From contig OZ219866.1 of NCBI GenBank assembly GCA_964291675.2, positions 2,080,001 to 2,144,000 of the forward strand: a stretch of DNA of 64,000 bases, given 5' to 3'. The notes beneath the pieces are model-generated. The model worked only from the letters and a program-made list of their open reading frames with translations. It made no database searches and was not told where the DNA came from. Position 1 is the stretch's first letter, and each line of letters begins with the position of its first letter. The DNA comes from Alphaproteobacteria bacterium (GTDB taxonomy: Bacteria; Pseudomonadota; Alphaproteobacteria; MPNO01). Shown piece after piece: positions 23,531 to 32,657 of the stretch. Made by a program: the position numbers and the translations under genes.

Positions 23531-24697
23531 TCAGCCGGCCGCGAGGCGCTGGCTGGGCACCGACTTGCGGGGATCGAAGAACGGCACCGCGGCGGTCTTG
23601 CCGGGCGCCGTCCCGTCGAGCGTGGCGACCTCCAGCGCGTTGCCCGGACCCGCCAGACCGATCGGCACCCAGACATAGCCGATGTTCTTCTGCATCCTGG
23701 GCGACCAGACCAGCACGGTCACCCGCCCGATCTGCTCGCCGCCGCGGTATACCGGCGCGATGTCGGGGCATCCGGAGATCGGCTCGTCGCCGTCGAGCAC
23801 GACGCCGACCAGCTTCCGGCTCACCCCCTCCGCCCTGATCCGCATCAGCGCGTCCTTGCCGATATAGTCCGCGTCCTGGTCCTCCACCAGCCGTTCCAGC
23901 CCCATGATCTCGAACGGGTTGTTCTCGATCGTCAGATCGGCGCCGTAGCGGTATATCCCGGCCTCGATGCGGCGGATCTGCGACGGCGCGATGGGCCGGA
24001 TGCGGTGCGGCTCGCCCGCCTCCATGATCCGGTCCCACAGCTCCTCGCCCCGGCTCGGGTCGCGGAGATAGATTTCGAAGCCGATCTCGGCGCTCCACCC
24101 GGTGCGGCTGATCACCACCGGTATGCCGTCGAGATCGGTCTCCAGGATCCAGTAGTAGCGGATCTTGGTGACCGCATCGCCGAACAGCGCCACCATCACG
24201 TCGATCGACTTGGGGCCCTGGACCTGCACCGGGTAGATGTCCGGCTCGCGCACCTTGACGTCGAGCCCGCAACCCACCGCATGGCCGCGCGCCCACAGAC
24301 CCGCATCCGAATCCGACAGCGCCAGCCACCACTGGTTCTCGCCCACGCGCAGCAGCACGGGCTCGTTGACGATGCCGCCGTCCTCGGCGGTGATCAGCAC
24401 GTACTTGCCCTGCCCGACGGCGCATTTCGTCAAGTCCCGGGGGGTCAGCCTGTTGGTGAACTCGGATGCGTCCGGCCCGGTGATCTCGACGATGCGCTCG
24501 ACGCTCACGTCCCACAGCGTCACGTCCTCGGTCAGACTTCGATATTCCTCGATGGGATCGTCGTAGTAGTTTGGAATGTACATGTGGTTGTAGATCCCCC
24601 AGGCCTTGCACCCGGCCCGGCGCGTGGCCTCGAAGAAGGGGGACTTGCGGTAGCGGGGGCCGAAATAGAAGTCGGCCTTCGTAAGCATCTCGTTCAT
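23531..24697 (-). CDS. GcvT-family THF-dependent demethylase, DmdA-like
   Basis: RKSPF...IYNHM, LWDVSVER, RDL, NEPVLL, DSD, QGPKS, SRTGW, RIEAG...YGAD...NPFE: the layout of DmdA-type aminomethyltransferases. Confidence 0.85.
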   Translation of the reverse strand: MNEMLTKADFYFGPRYRKSPFFEATRRAGCKAWGIYNHMYIPNYYDDPIEEYRSLTEDVTLWDVSVERIVEITGPDASEFTNRLTPRDLTKCAVGQGKYVLITAEDGGIVNEPVLLRVGENQWWLALSDSDAGLWARGHAVGCGLDVKVREPDIYPVQVQGPKSIDVMVALFGDAVTKIRYYWILETDLDGIPVVISRTGWSAEIGFEIYLRDPSRGEELWDRIMEAGEPHRIRPIAPSQIRRIEAGIYRYGADLTIENNPFEIMGLERLVEDQDADYIGKDALMRIRAEGVSRKLVGVVLDGDEPISGCPDIAPVYRGGEQIGRVTVLVWSPRMQKNIGYVWVPIGLAGPGNALEVATLDGTAPGKTAAVPFFDPRKSVPSQRLAAG

Positions 24698-24751
24698 TCC
24701 AGGGTTCTCCCATCGGGTGCGAACCTGCGGCGCTCCCACGCCGCCGGTCCG

Positions 24752-27163
24752 CTATGCTTTCAATCGATCGTTCCTCGGGTCGTAGACAGGCTCGGCAAGC
24801 ACTCTGGCGCCGCGGCGGCGGCCCAGGATCGCGACTTCCAGCTCGGTGTCGGGCGCGGCGAGATCCGGCTCGACGAAGGCGAAGGCGAGGCTCTGGCCCG
24901 CGGCGTATCCATACGCGCCGCTGGTCGTAAGCCCGACCAGGCGGCCGTCCGCATAGACCGGCTCGTTGCCGTGCGCGTCCGCGTCGTCCGCATCGACCGA
25001 CAGATAGACCAGGCGGGGGCGGGCGCCCTCGGCGGCGCGGGCGGCCACCGCGTCCTTGCCGACAAAGGGGCTCGCCATGTCGACGAACCGGTCGAGCCCG
25101 CCTTCCAGCGGCGTGAGCTCGGTCGTCAGCTCCAGGCCCCAGGCCTTGTAGCCCTTCTCCATGCGCAGCGCGTTCATGGCGTAGAGGCCGCAATCCCTGA
25201 CGCCCCAGGCCTCGCCCGCCTCCATGACCGCGTCGTAGAGCGCGTCCATGCGGTCCATCGGATGGTGAAGCTCCCAGCCGAGCTCGCCCACATAGGACAC
25301 CCGGAGCGCCCGTACCGGCACGCCGGCCACCTCGATCTCGCGCGCCGACAGCCACGGAAACGCCGAATTGCCGAGGTCCGCGTCGGTCAGCCCGGCGAGC
25401 AGCTCGCGCGAACGCGGACCGGCGACGGCCAGCACCCCGTAATCGTCGGTCACGTCGACGATCTCGACGTCCTCGGATGCGCGCCGGCGCTGCACCAGCC
25501 AGTCGTAATCGTGGATCTGCGCGACCGAGGCCGAGAGCAGGTAGAACCGGTTCTCGTCCAGCCGCGTCACGGTGAACTCGCTCTCGATGCCGCCGAGCCC
25601 GGTCAGGGCGTGGGCGAGGACGATCCGGCCGTTCCGCGGTATCCGGTTGGCGACGATGCGATCGAGAAACCCGGCGGCGTCGGGGCCGGCGACGTCGAGC
25701 TTGGCGAAGGCCGAGAGATCCAGCACGCCGACGCGCTCGCGCACCGCCCGGCACTCCTCGCCCACCGCGTCGAACCAGTTCATGCGGCGAAAGCCGTAGC
25801 GCTCCTCGACGCCGGGCGGTGCGAACCACTTCGCCCGCTCCCAGCCGAAGGTCTCGGCGAACACGGCGCCGCGTTCCGCGAGCCTGTCGTGGATCGGCGT
25901 GGTCCTGACCGGGCGGCCCGCATCGCGGAACTCGCCGGGATAGTGCACCTGGTACATCCGGTGGTACTCGTCCACCGCCTTGGACAGGCTGTAGCGCCCC
26001 GTCGCCCACGCGCCGAACCGTCTCGCCTCCATCTCGCGCACGTTGATCTCGGTCTGGCCGTGCACCATCCACTGCGCCAGATACTTGCCCGCCCCGGGCC
26101 CCTGGGTGATGCCGATTCCGGCGCCGCAGCACAGCCAGAAATTCTCGAATCCCGCCGCCGGGCCGATGAGAAACCCGCCATCCGGCGTGTGGGTGATGGG
26201 CCCGCTGACGACCCGCTTGATGCCGGCGTGCTCGAACGCCGGGATGCGCCTGGCGGCGAGCTCCAGCCACGGCATCAGGCGGTCGATGTCGGGCGGCAGC
26301 AGCTCGGCGTCGAACGACCAGTCGATCCCGTCGAGCGCCCAGGGCTCGGCGCCCTCGGTCTCGTAGGGGCCGACGATCAGCCCGCGCTGCTCCTGGCGGT
26401 AATAGCAGGACGCGCGCGGGTCGCGGACCACCGGGGGCTCCCGCTCCAGCGCGGCGACCGCGTCGATGTCTTCGGTGACCAGGTATTGATGGACGACGTT
26501 GACGATGGGAACGTCGATGCCGGCCATCGCGCCCACCCGCGGCGCGAACCCGCCGGCGGCGTTGACCACGTGCTCGGCGACGATGGTGCCCTGCTCGGTC
26601 ACGACGTCCCAGCTCCCGTCGGCCCGCCGGGCGATGTCGACGACCCGGTTGCGGAGCGAGATCTCGGCGCCGCCGGCGCGCGCGACGGCGGCCATCGCCA
26701 TGGTGCTGCTGGCCGGATCGGTGTGCCCGTCGCCCGGCGTGTAGGCGCCCAGCAGCACGCCGTCGGTGTCCAGCAACGGATGCAGCGCGGAGATTTCCGC
26801 CGGGCCGATCAGGTGGCACTCCGCGCCGACGCAGCGCAGCACGCCCTCGACGTAGCGGAACCAGTCGACCTCGTCCCTATTCGTCGCAAGGCGTATGGCG
26901 CCGCAGCCGTGCCAGCCCGTGGCATGGCCGGCCTCCGCCTCCAGCCGCCGGTACAGCCGGGAGGCGTAGAGATGCACCTTGGCCATGTTGAGGCTGCCGA
27001 TGAAGTGGGGGATCAGCCCGGCCGCGTGCCAGGTGGAGCCCGACGTGAGCTCGCCCTTCTCCACCAGGACGACATCCGACCACCCCTCCTCGACGAGGTG
27101 GTAGAGGAGCCCGACCCCCATGACGCCGCCGCCGATCACGGCGACGCGCGTATGCGACTTCAC
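24752..27163 (-). CDS. Dimethylglycine/sarcosine dehydrogenase-like FAD oxidoreductase with GcvT domain
   Basis: IGGGVMG, GSTWHAAG, GPITHTPDG, GWER, VSYVGELGWELH, LRMEKGY; 803 aa. Confidence 0.92.
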   Translation of the reverse strand: MKSHTRVAVIGGGVMGVGLLYHLVEEGWSDVVLVEKGELTSGSTWHAAGLIPHFIGSLNMAKVHLYASRLYRRLEAEAGHATGWHGCGAIRLATNRDEVDWFRYVEGVLRCVGAECHLIGPAEISALHPLLDTDGVLLGAYTPGDGHTDPASSTMAMAAVARAGGAEISLRNRVVDIARRADGSWDVVTEQGTIVAEHVVNAAGGFAPRVGAMAGIDVPIVNVVHQYLVTEDIDAVAALEREPPVVRDPRASCYYRQEQRGLIVGPYETEGAEPWALDGIDWSFDAELLPPDIDRLMPWLELAARRIPAFEHAGIKRVVSGPITHTPDGGFLIGPAAGFENFWLCCGAGIGITQGPGAGKYLAQWMVHGQTEINVREMEARRFGAWATGRYSLSKAVDEYHRMYQVHYPGEFRDAGRPVRTTPIHDRLAERGAVFAETFGWERAKWFAPPGVEERYGFRRMNWFDAVGEECRAVRERVGVLDLSAFAKLDVAGPDAAGFLDRIVANRIPRNGRIVLAHALTGLGGIESEFTVTRLDENRFYLLSASVAQIHDYDWLVQRRRASEDVEIVDVTDDYGVLAVAGPRSRELLAGLTDADLGNSAFPWLSAREIEVAGVPVRALRVSYVGELGWELHHPMDRMDALYDAVMEAGEAWGVRDCGLYAMNALRMEKGYKAWGLELTTELTPLEGGLDRFVDMASPFVGKDAVAARAAEGARPRLVYLSVDADDADAHGNEPVYADGRLVGLTTSGAYGYAAGQSLAFAFVEPDLAAPDTELEVAILGRRRGARVLAEPVYDPRNDRLKA

Positions 27164-27396
27164 CGCCGGACCCGCCCGCGGATCGACCCGAACCGCGGCC
27201 GCGGCGCCCGCCCCGACGGCGCCGATTCAACGACCGAAATGACTTTCCACATCGCGACCCCACCCGCGCCGCGTCGACGCGAAACCCCAAGCAGTTTCCG
27301 ACGCTTCCGCCGATATCGCCCTTACTGCCAATCGAGCATCGACGCAAGCCGCTTTGTGTCGACGGAAGAAGATTTTTTGCGCCTGCCGTCCGGTGC

Positions 27397-28062
27397 TCAA
27401 GCTCCGCTCCGGTGGCGCTCCCGGAAGCAGGCGGCGAGACCGGCGAGCAGGGCGGCGAGGACGGCCCAGCCCTGCCAGGCGCCGAGGGTCAGCAGGGTGA
27501 AGGCGGAGAGCGCGAGCCACAGCGCCGGAACGATGCCGAGCACGGCCGTCCAGCGGCTCCGCACCGCCAGCGCAAGCACGGCGAGGGTGGCGATGGCGGT
27601 CGGATCCGGCGCGACGGCCGCGACCTCCGCCTCGCGCCAGGACCTGCCGTCGAGCGGCGCGAGGACGGGCCAGACGAAGAGCGCCGCCGCGAGAAGCCCG
27701 GTGGCGAGCCACGGCGCGCCCCTCCCCGCGACGGCGAGCCGGCCCGAGAGGCCGAGCGCCGCCAGCGCCACCGCCTCGGCGTAGAACGGCCAGGCGAGCC
27801 ACGGCGCGGCCCAGTTGAGGGCGCCGTAGCGCAGCGCCACGAACTGCCACCCGGCCCAGAGCCAGGCCGCGCCGAGCGCCGGGCCGAGCCACCGGCTCGA
27901 CGGCGGCCGGCCCCGGAGCAGGCAGAGCACCAGGAGCGCGCCGGACGCGAGCAGCAGCGGCTGGGTCGGCCAGACGAGCTCGTTCTCCAGCGCGAACAGG
28001 CGCCAATAGGCGCGCGGCGAGAACGGAACCAGGTCTTCCGGCGCCCATGCCCCGGCCATCAC
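27397..28062 (-). CDS. Membrane protein (DUF6064-like)
   Basis: Multiple TM segments; FSPRAYWRLF and APDPTAIATL motifs; downstream of the aldo/keto reductase. Confidence 0.7.
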   Translation of the reverse strand: MMAGAWAPEDLVPFSPRAYWRLFALENELVWPTQPLLLASGALLVLCLLRGRPPSSRWLGPALGAAWLWAGWQFVALRYGALNWAAPWLAWPFYAEAVALAALGLSGRLAVAGRGAPWLATGLLAAALFVWPVLAPLDGRSWREAEVAAVAPDPTAIATLAVLALAVRSRWTAVLGIVPALWLALSAFTLLTLGAWQGWAVLAALLAGLAACFRERHRSGA

Positions 28063-28083
28063 CGCCGTTCCGCCGCCGTGGCG

Positions 28084-28986
28084 CTACAGGTCGCGCACAT
28101 GCGCCGCCATGCGCCGGCGCATGGCGGCGTCCGGCATCGGGCCGAACGCGGCGGACTTGTTCTCGCGCAGATGGTCGACCCGCCGGGTCGCCGGGATGGC
28201 GGCGGTCACCGCCCGGTGCGAGAGGATGAACTTGAGCAGGAATTGCGGCCAGGTGGACACCTCGATCTCGCCCGCCCAGCCGGGCAGCGGGCGGCCCGCC
28301 AGCCGGTCCGGCAGGCGGCCGCGCCGGAACGGCCGGTTGCAGATGACCGCGATCCCGCGCTCCAGCGCGAGCGGCAGCAGGCGCCGTTCCGCCTCGCGGT
28401 CGACGATGTTGTAGGTGAGCTGGACGAAATCGGGCGCACGCCGCCGCATGATTTCCTCGATCTCGGCGTGGCGGCGCCCGTGCGAGGTGGTGACCCCGGT
28501 GTAGCGCAGCCGGCCGGCCGCCTTCATGGCCTCGATCGTGTCGAGGTTGTTCTCCCAGTCCCGCAGATTGTGGACCTGGAGCAGGTCGAACCGCCCGACG
28601 CCCCAGCGCCGGGCGGTCTCGGCGATCTGCGCCGGCCCGGCGGCGCCCCGGATCCACACCTTGTCGGCGGAGAACAGCCCCGGCGGGCGCCCCAGCCTCG
28701 TCAGCGAATCGCCGATCACCGCCTGCGAGGAGCCGTACATGGGGGACGAATCGACGATGCCCCCGCCGGCCTCGAAGAAGGCGGCCATGACCGCGCGGAC
28801 CTCGGCGCGCAGGGACGGGTCGCCGCCCACGTTGAAGGTGATCCAGCTGCCGAGCCCGACCGCCGGGACCGGCTCCCCCGTCGAAGGGATGCGCCTGGCG
28901 AGCGCCTCTCCCGCCGACGCGCGGAATGCCCGCGCGGCGAGCGCCGCGCCCGCCCCGGCCAGCACCGCCCGGCGTGTCGCGCGCAT
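28084..28986 (-). CDS. Aldo/keto reductase with a Tat-like signal
   Basis: MRATRRAVL twin-arginine leader after GGAGG; GLGSW, DSSPMYG, DLLQVHN, IPAT. Confidence 0.9.
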   Translation of the reverse strand: MRATRRAVLAGAGAALAARAFRASAGEALARRIPSTGEPVPAVGLGSWITFNVGGDPSLRAEVRAVMAAFFEAGGGIVDSSPMYGSSQAVIGDSLTRLGRPPGLFSADKVWIRGAAGPAQIAETARRWGVGRFDLLQVHNLRDWENNLDTIEAMKAAGRLRYTGVTTSHGRRHAEIEEIMRRRAPDFVQLTYNIVDREAERRLLPLALERGIAVICNRPFRRGRLPDRLAGRPLPGWAGEIEVSTWPQFLLKFILSHRAVTAAIPATRRVDHLRENKSAAFGPMPDAAMRRRMAAHVRDL

Positions 28987-29017
28987 GCAGTCCTCCAGCT
29001 TGCCGCCCGGCGAGAGA

Positions 29018-29289
29018 CTAGCCCGCATTTCTCACCCCTGTCATGGCCTGCGCGGCGCTGTCCGGCCGACAGGGCAGGAGAGGCGCGCGGCGCGATGCGG
29101 GGACATCGGGCAAGCGCCTCGACGCACCCTGTCGGCCGGACAGCGCCGCCCGAAGGGTCGCGCCCGGGCGCCCGCCCGCGGCGTCGCGGGCCTCGACCGT
29201 AGGCACCGCTACGCTCTTCGGCCCGCTCCTGGCGGGACGAACGCCCGGGCACGACGCAGGCCGTGACAGGGGTGAGAAATGCGGGCTAG
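29018..29289. mobile_element. Complete MITE (non-autonomous element), 272 bp including the flanking CTAG on each side
   Basis: 35-bp inverted ends with 34/35 identity (CTAGCCCGCATTTCTCACCCCTGTCAYGGCCTGCG; 29018-29052 and 29255-29289). Internal perfect 23-bp stem 29052-29074 / 29127-29149. No credible ORF. Related copies at 2620 and 40431/42431. Confidence 0.9.
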
Positions 29290-29404
29290 AACGCTTTTCG
29301 ACGATCTTCGAGACCGTTTGGGACCTCGCGGCTGGCGGCGCCCCGCGGCGGGTGCTAGGGTTTTTGTCCCGGCACCCGGTTCACCGGTTGCGGAAGGGAG
29401 GGCG

Positions 29405-29614
29405 ATGGGCGACGTGATCCAGCTCAACCGGTACCGGAAGAAGCGGTCCCGGCTCGCCCGCAGCCGGCAGGCGGCGGAGAACCGCGCCAGGCACGGCCGG
29501 ACCAAGCAGGCCAAGGACGCCAACCGGGGCGCGCGGGAGCGCGAGGCGCGCGACCTCGATGCCAAGCTGATCGAGGACAAGACCGACCGCGAGGGCGGCC
29601 CGAAGCAGGGCTGA
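29405..29614 (+). CDS. DUF4169 family small protein
   Basis: MGDVIQLNRYRK...AAENRARHGRTK; RBS GGAGGG. Confidence 0.85.
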   Translation: MGDVIQLNRYRKKRSRLARSRQAAENRARHGRTKQAKDANRGAREREARDLDAKLIEDKTDREGGPKQG

Positions 29615-29764
29615 GGATAGCCGGTCCCGTTTCCGAATTTCGTTTGCCAGCGGTCGCGCCGGCACGCGGCCGTTCCCGCCGAGCCTTTTCCCCACACCGT
29701 CATGCCCGGCCCTGACGCGGTGGGCGCGCGGTTGTGGCGATCGGAAGCTTCCGAATCGGGGGCC

Positions 29765-31165
29765 CTAACCCGCGGCGGCCGCCCCGGTGTCGACGATCTT
29801 GCCCGGGTTCATCAGGTTGTCGGGGTCGAGCGCCTGCTTGATCGCGCGCATCACCGACACCCCCTCGCCGTGCTCGGCGGCGAGGTATTTCTTCTTGCCG
29901 TAGCCCACCCCGTGCTCGCCGGTGCAGGTGCCGCCCATCGCGAGCGCGCGCGCGATCAGCCGTTCGTTGACCGCGGTGGCCGCCGCCAGCTCCGCCTCGT
30001 CCTCGGTATCGAGCACGAAATCGATGTGGAAATTGCCGTCGCCGACATGGCCCACGATCGGCGCCAGCAGATCGGTCGCGGCGATGTCGCTGCGCGTCTC
30101 GGCGATGCATTCGGCAAGCCGCGAGATCGGCACGCAGACATCGGTGGGCCAGGCGCGGCAGCCGGGACGGAGCCCCATATTGGCGTAGTGCGCGTCGTGG
30201 CGGGCCTGCCACAGGGTGTTGCGGTCCTCCTGGCGGGTCGCCCACTGGAAGCCGGCGCCGCCGTGCTCGGCGGCGATCTCCTCGGCCGTCCCGGCCTGCT
30301 CGGCGACCGAGGCCTCGCTGCCGTGGAACTCGAAGAACAGCACCGGGCGGTCGGGGAGCTCGGTTCTCGACCAGCGGTTGATCGCGGCGATCTGAACCTC
30401 GTCGGCGAGCTCGATGCGCGCCACCGGGACGCCCGACTGGATGATCCGGATGCAGGTCTCGACCGCGTCGTCGACGCTGGGGAAGGCGCAGACCGCCGCC
30501 GAGATCGCCTCCGGGATGCCGGCGAGGCGGAGCGTCACCTCGACGATCACGCCGAGCGTCCCCTCCGATCCGACGAAGAGCCGCGTGAGGTCGTACCCCG
30601 CCGACGATTTGCGCGCCCTGGTGCCGGTGCGGATCGTCCGCCCGTCGGCGAGCACCGCGGTAAGCCCGAGCACGTTGTCGCGCATCGTGCCGTAGCGCAC
30701 CGCGTTGGTGCCCGACGCGCGGGTCGCGGCCATGCCGCCGATGGTGGCATCGGCGCCGGGGTCGATCGGGAAGAACAGCCCGGTGTCGCGGAGATGCGCG
30801 TTGAGCTGCTTGCGCGTCACCCCGGGCTCGACCCGGACGTCGAGATCGGCCGCGTTGACCTCGATCACGCGGTTCATCCGCGACACGTCGATCGACACCC
30901 CGCCTTGCAGCGCCGCGACATGGCCTTCGAGCGAGGTGCCGACGCCGAACGGGATCATCGGCGCGGCGTGCTCGCGGCACAGCCCGACCACGGCGACCAC
31001 CTCGTCGACCGTCTCGGGGAACGCGACGATGTCGGGCGGGAAGCCCGGGTGGTGCGACTCGTCGCGCCCGTGGCTCTCGCGCACCACGGCCGAGGTCGAG
31101 ACGCGGTCGCCCAGGAGCTCGCGCAGCCGGTCGGCGAGGCGGTCGTTGCTCAGGGTCGTGGCCAT
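29765..31165 (-). CDS. FAD-linked oxidase, D-lactate dehydrogenase/GlcD family
   Basis: GVGTSLEG, PIDPG, GSEGTLG, GHVGDGNFH, TGEHGVG, DPDNLMNPGK. Confidence 0.92.
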   Translation of the reverse strand: MATTLSNDRLADRLRELLGDRVSTSAVVRESHGRDESHHPGFPPDIVAFPETVDEVVAVVGLCREHAAPMIPFGVGTSLEGHVAALQGGVSIDVSRMNRVIEVNAADLDVRVEPGVTRKQLNAHLRDTGLFFPIDPGADATIGGMAATRASGTNAVRYGTMRDNVLGLTAVLADGRTIRTGTRARKSSAGYDLTRLFVGSEGTLGVIVEVTLRLAGIPEAISAAVCAFPSVDDAVETCIRIIQSGVPVARIELADEVQIAAINRWSRTELPDRPVLFFEFHGSEASVAEQAGTAEEIAAEHGGAGFQWATRQEDRNTLWQARHDAHYANMGLRPGCRAWPTDVCVPISRLAECIAETRSDIAATDLLAPIVGHVGDGNFHIDFVLDTEDEAELAAATAVNERLIARALAMGGTCTGEHGVGYGKKKYLAAEHGEGVSVMRAIKQALDPDNLMNPGKIVDTGAAAAG

Positions 31166-31178
31166 GCGCGTTCTCCCG

Positions 31179-31973
31179 TCAGACCCGCGTCGATTCGGCG
31201 GTCCGGTCGCCGACGAACATGCAGCCCGGCATGTGGGTGATGGCGAGCGAGGGCCGCGCGTTGAGGATCGCCTCCTGCGGCGTCACCCCGCAGGCCCAGA
31301 ACACCGGAATCTGGTCGTCGTCGATGGTCACCGGCTTGCCGTATTCCGGCCGGGCGATGTCGGCGATGCCGATCGCCCCGGGGTCGCCGCGATGCACCGG
31401 CCCGCCATGCGCCATCGGGTAGCGGGCGGTGATCTCGGCGGCGCGGTCGGCGTCCGCCGGGGTGAAGGGGCGCATCGAGACCACCATCGGACCCGCGAAG
31501 GGGCCGGCCGGGACGGTCTCCCGGTCGGTGCGGTACATCGAGACGTAGCCGGTCTCGGCGATATGGCGGATCTCCAGCCCGGCGCTCTGCAGGGCGTCTT
31601 CGGCGATGAACGAGCAGCCGAGCAGGAAGGTCACCAGGTCGCCGCGCCACAGGCCGGCGATGTCCGTCGGCTCGGCGACGCACGCGCCGTTGCGGAACAC
31701 CCGGTAGCGCGGCAAATCGGTGCGGATGTCCGCCCCCGGCGCGGTGGCGCGCGGCACCGCATCGCCGCGGCCCAGGATCTCCAGCACCGGGCAGGGGCGG
31801 GGGTTGCGCTCGCAATAGGCGGCGAAATCCTCGGCATCGGCCGCCGGCAGGATCACCATGTTCGCCTGCACATGGCCCGGCGCATGGCCCGAGGTCGGCC
31901 CGTCATAGAGCCCCTCGCGGCACAGCCGCCGGAGCTCCGCCGGATCGGCGATGGTGTCGATGGTGTCGCTCAA
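31179..31973 (-). CDS. DUF1445 putative hydro-lyase (D-glutamate cyclase family)
   Basis: QANMVIL, NPRPCP, DIRTDLPRY, LLGCSF, GPMVVSMRP, VFWACGVTPQ, THMPG. Confidence 0.9.
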   Translation of the reverse strand: MSDTIDTIADPAELRRLCREGLYDGPTSGHAPGHVQANMVILPAADAEDFAAYCERNPRPCPVLEILGRGDAVPRATAPGADIRTDLPRYRVFRNGACVAEPTDIAGLWRGDLVTFLLGCSFIAEDALQSAGLEIRHIAETGYVSMYRTDRETVPAGPFAGPMVVSMRPFTPADADRAAEITARYPMAHGGPVHRGDPGAIGIADIARPEYGKPVTIDDDQIPVFWACGVTPQEAILNARPSLAITHMPGCMFVGDRTAESTRV

Positions 31974-32062
31974 GCCCGCGGGGCTCCGTCTGGTTCGGCG
32001 TCAGGATAGCCCCGCGGAAGCGCCGTTCCAACGCCGGCGACATCCGACACGGCAATCCCGCG

Positions 32063-32167
32063 TCATGTGACGCGGTACGCTTCGTCGTGCGGTCCGACCG
32101 CGACCGGTACCGCATCGCCGTCTTCACGGACGAGGAAGACGAAGCGGTATCGCCGGTTCAGCTTCAC
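32063..32167 (-). pseudogene. Truncated RelE/ParE-superfamily toxin remnant (34 aa)
   Basis: VKLNRRYRFVFLVREDGDAVPVAVGPHDEAYRVT resembles a RelE-fold C-terminus (R-x-F...VG-x-HD-x-x-Y). Its GTG overlaps the upstream stop (GTGA). Confidence 0.55.
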
Positions 32168-32469
32168 GGGGTCGTCAACGAGGAAACCAGCTTGGCACCG
32201 CTTGTGAAGGTCTTCCCCGTGGTCGGTGAGGCGGCACCGTCGTGGATCATCACCAGCCAGCGGATTTCCTGGCACCGCTGCACGATCTCGAAGAACAGGA
32301 GATCCAGCTCGTCGAACGCGCTTCGGTCGCGAGCCGGCGCCGACGCGCATTCTTCCAGCGTGCACCGAATTTCGCGGAGCCTGACGCGTTCGCGTCGAAA
32401 ATATGCCTCGGCGTCTTCGAGAGCCCGAACCCCCGCGCCGTCCAGGTCGATCATCGTACCGGCGACCAT
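32164..32469 (-). CDS. Hypothetical protein, possible antitoxin
   Basis: Plausible 3' part of ORF 32164..33078 (about 101 aa after GGAAAGG). C-terminal GKTFTSGAKLVSSL resembles antitoxin tails; coupled to the toxin remnant. Confidence 0.5.
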   Translation of the reverse strand: MVAGTMIDLDGAGVRALEDAEAYFRRERVRLREIRCTLEECASAPARDRSAFDELDLLFFEIVQRCQEIRWLVMIHDGAASPTTGKTFTSGAKLVSSLTTP

Positions 32470-32657
32470 CACCCAAGCCTTTCCGTTCGCGTCCCCCGGG
32501 CGCAGGGACTCCGCAGGGACCCCATACTTCGTTTCGTTCCGGCCGGAAATCAAGGCATCTCGGCGACATGCCACGCGCTCCCGCCCGTCCCGCGCGCGCT
32601 TCCCGATGCCGGTGACGTGTTTTCGCAGTTTGAACCCGTTTGTACCGCCGCCCGTCA

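Noticed and set aside
27170-27390. Riboswitch upstream of the dimethylglycine-dehydrogenase-like gene
   Set aside because: No glycine, THF, SAM or cobalamin riboswitch consensus recognisable by eye; an Infernal/Rfam scan would be needed to exclude it fully.
23439-27784. Very long ORFs 24005..27784 (+, 1259 aa) and 23439..26819 (-, 1126 aa)
   Set aside because: Antisense or alternate-frame shadows of the real GcvT-family genes; Arg/Pro/Ala-rich and without motifs, as expected at this GC content. The same applies to 4183..6717, 12773..14785 and 19585..21627.
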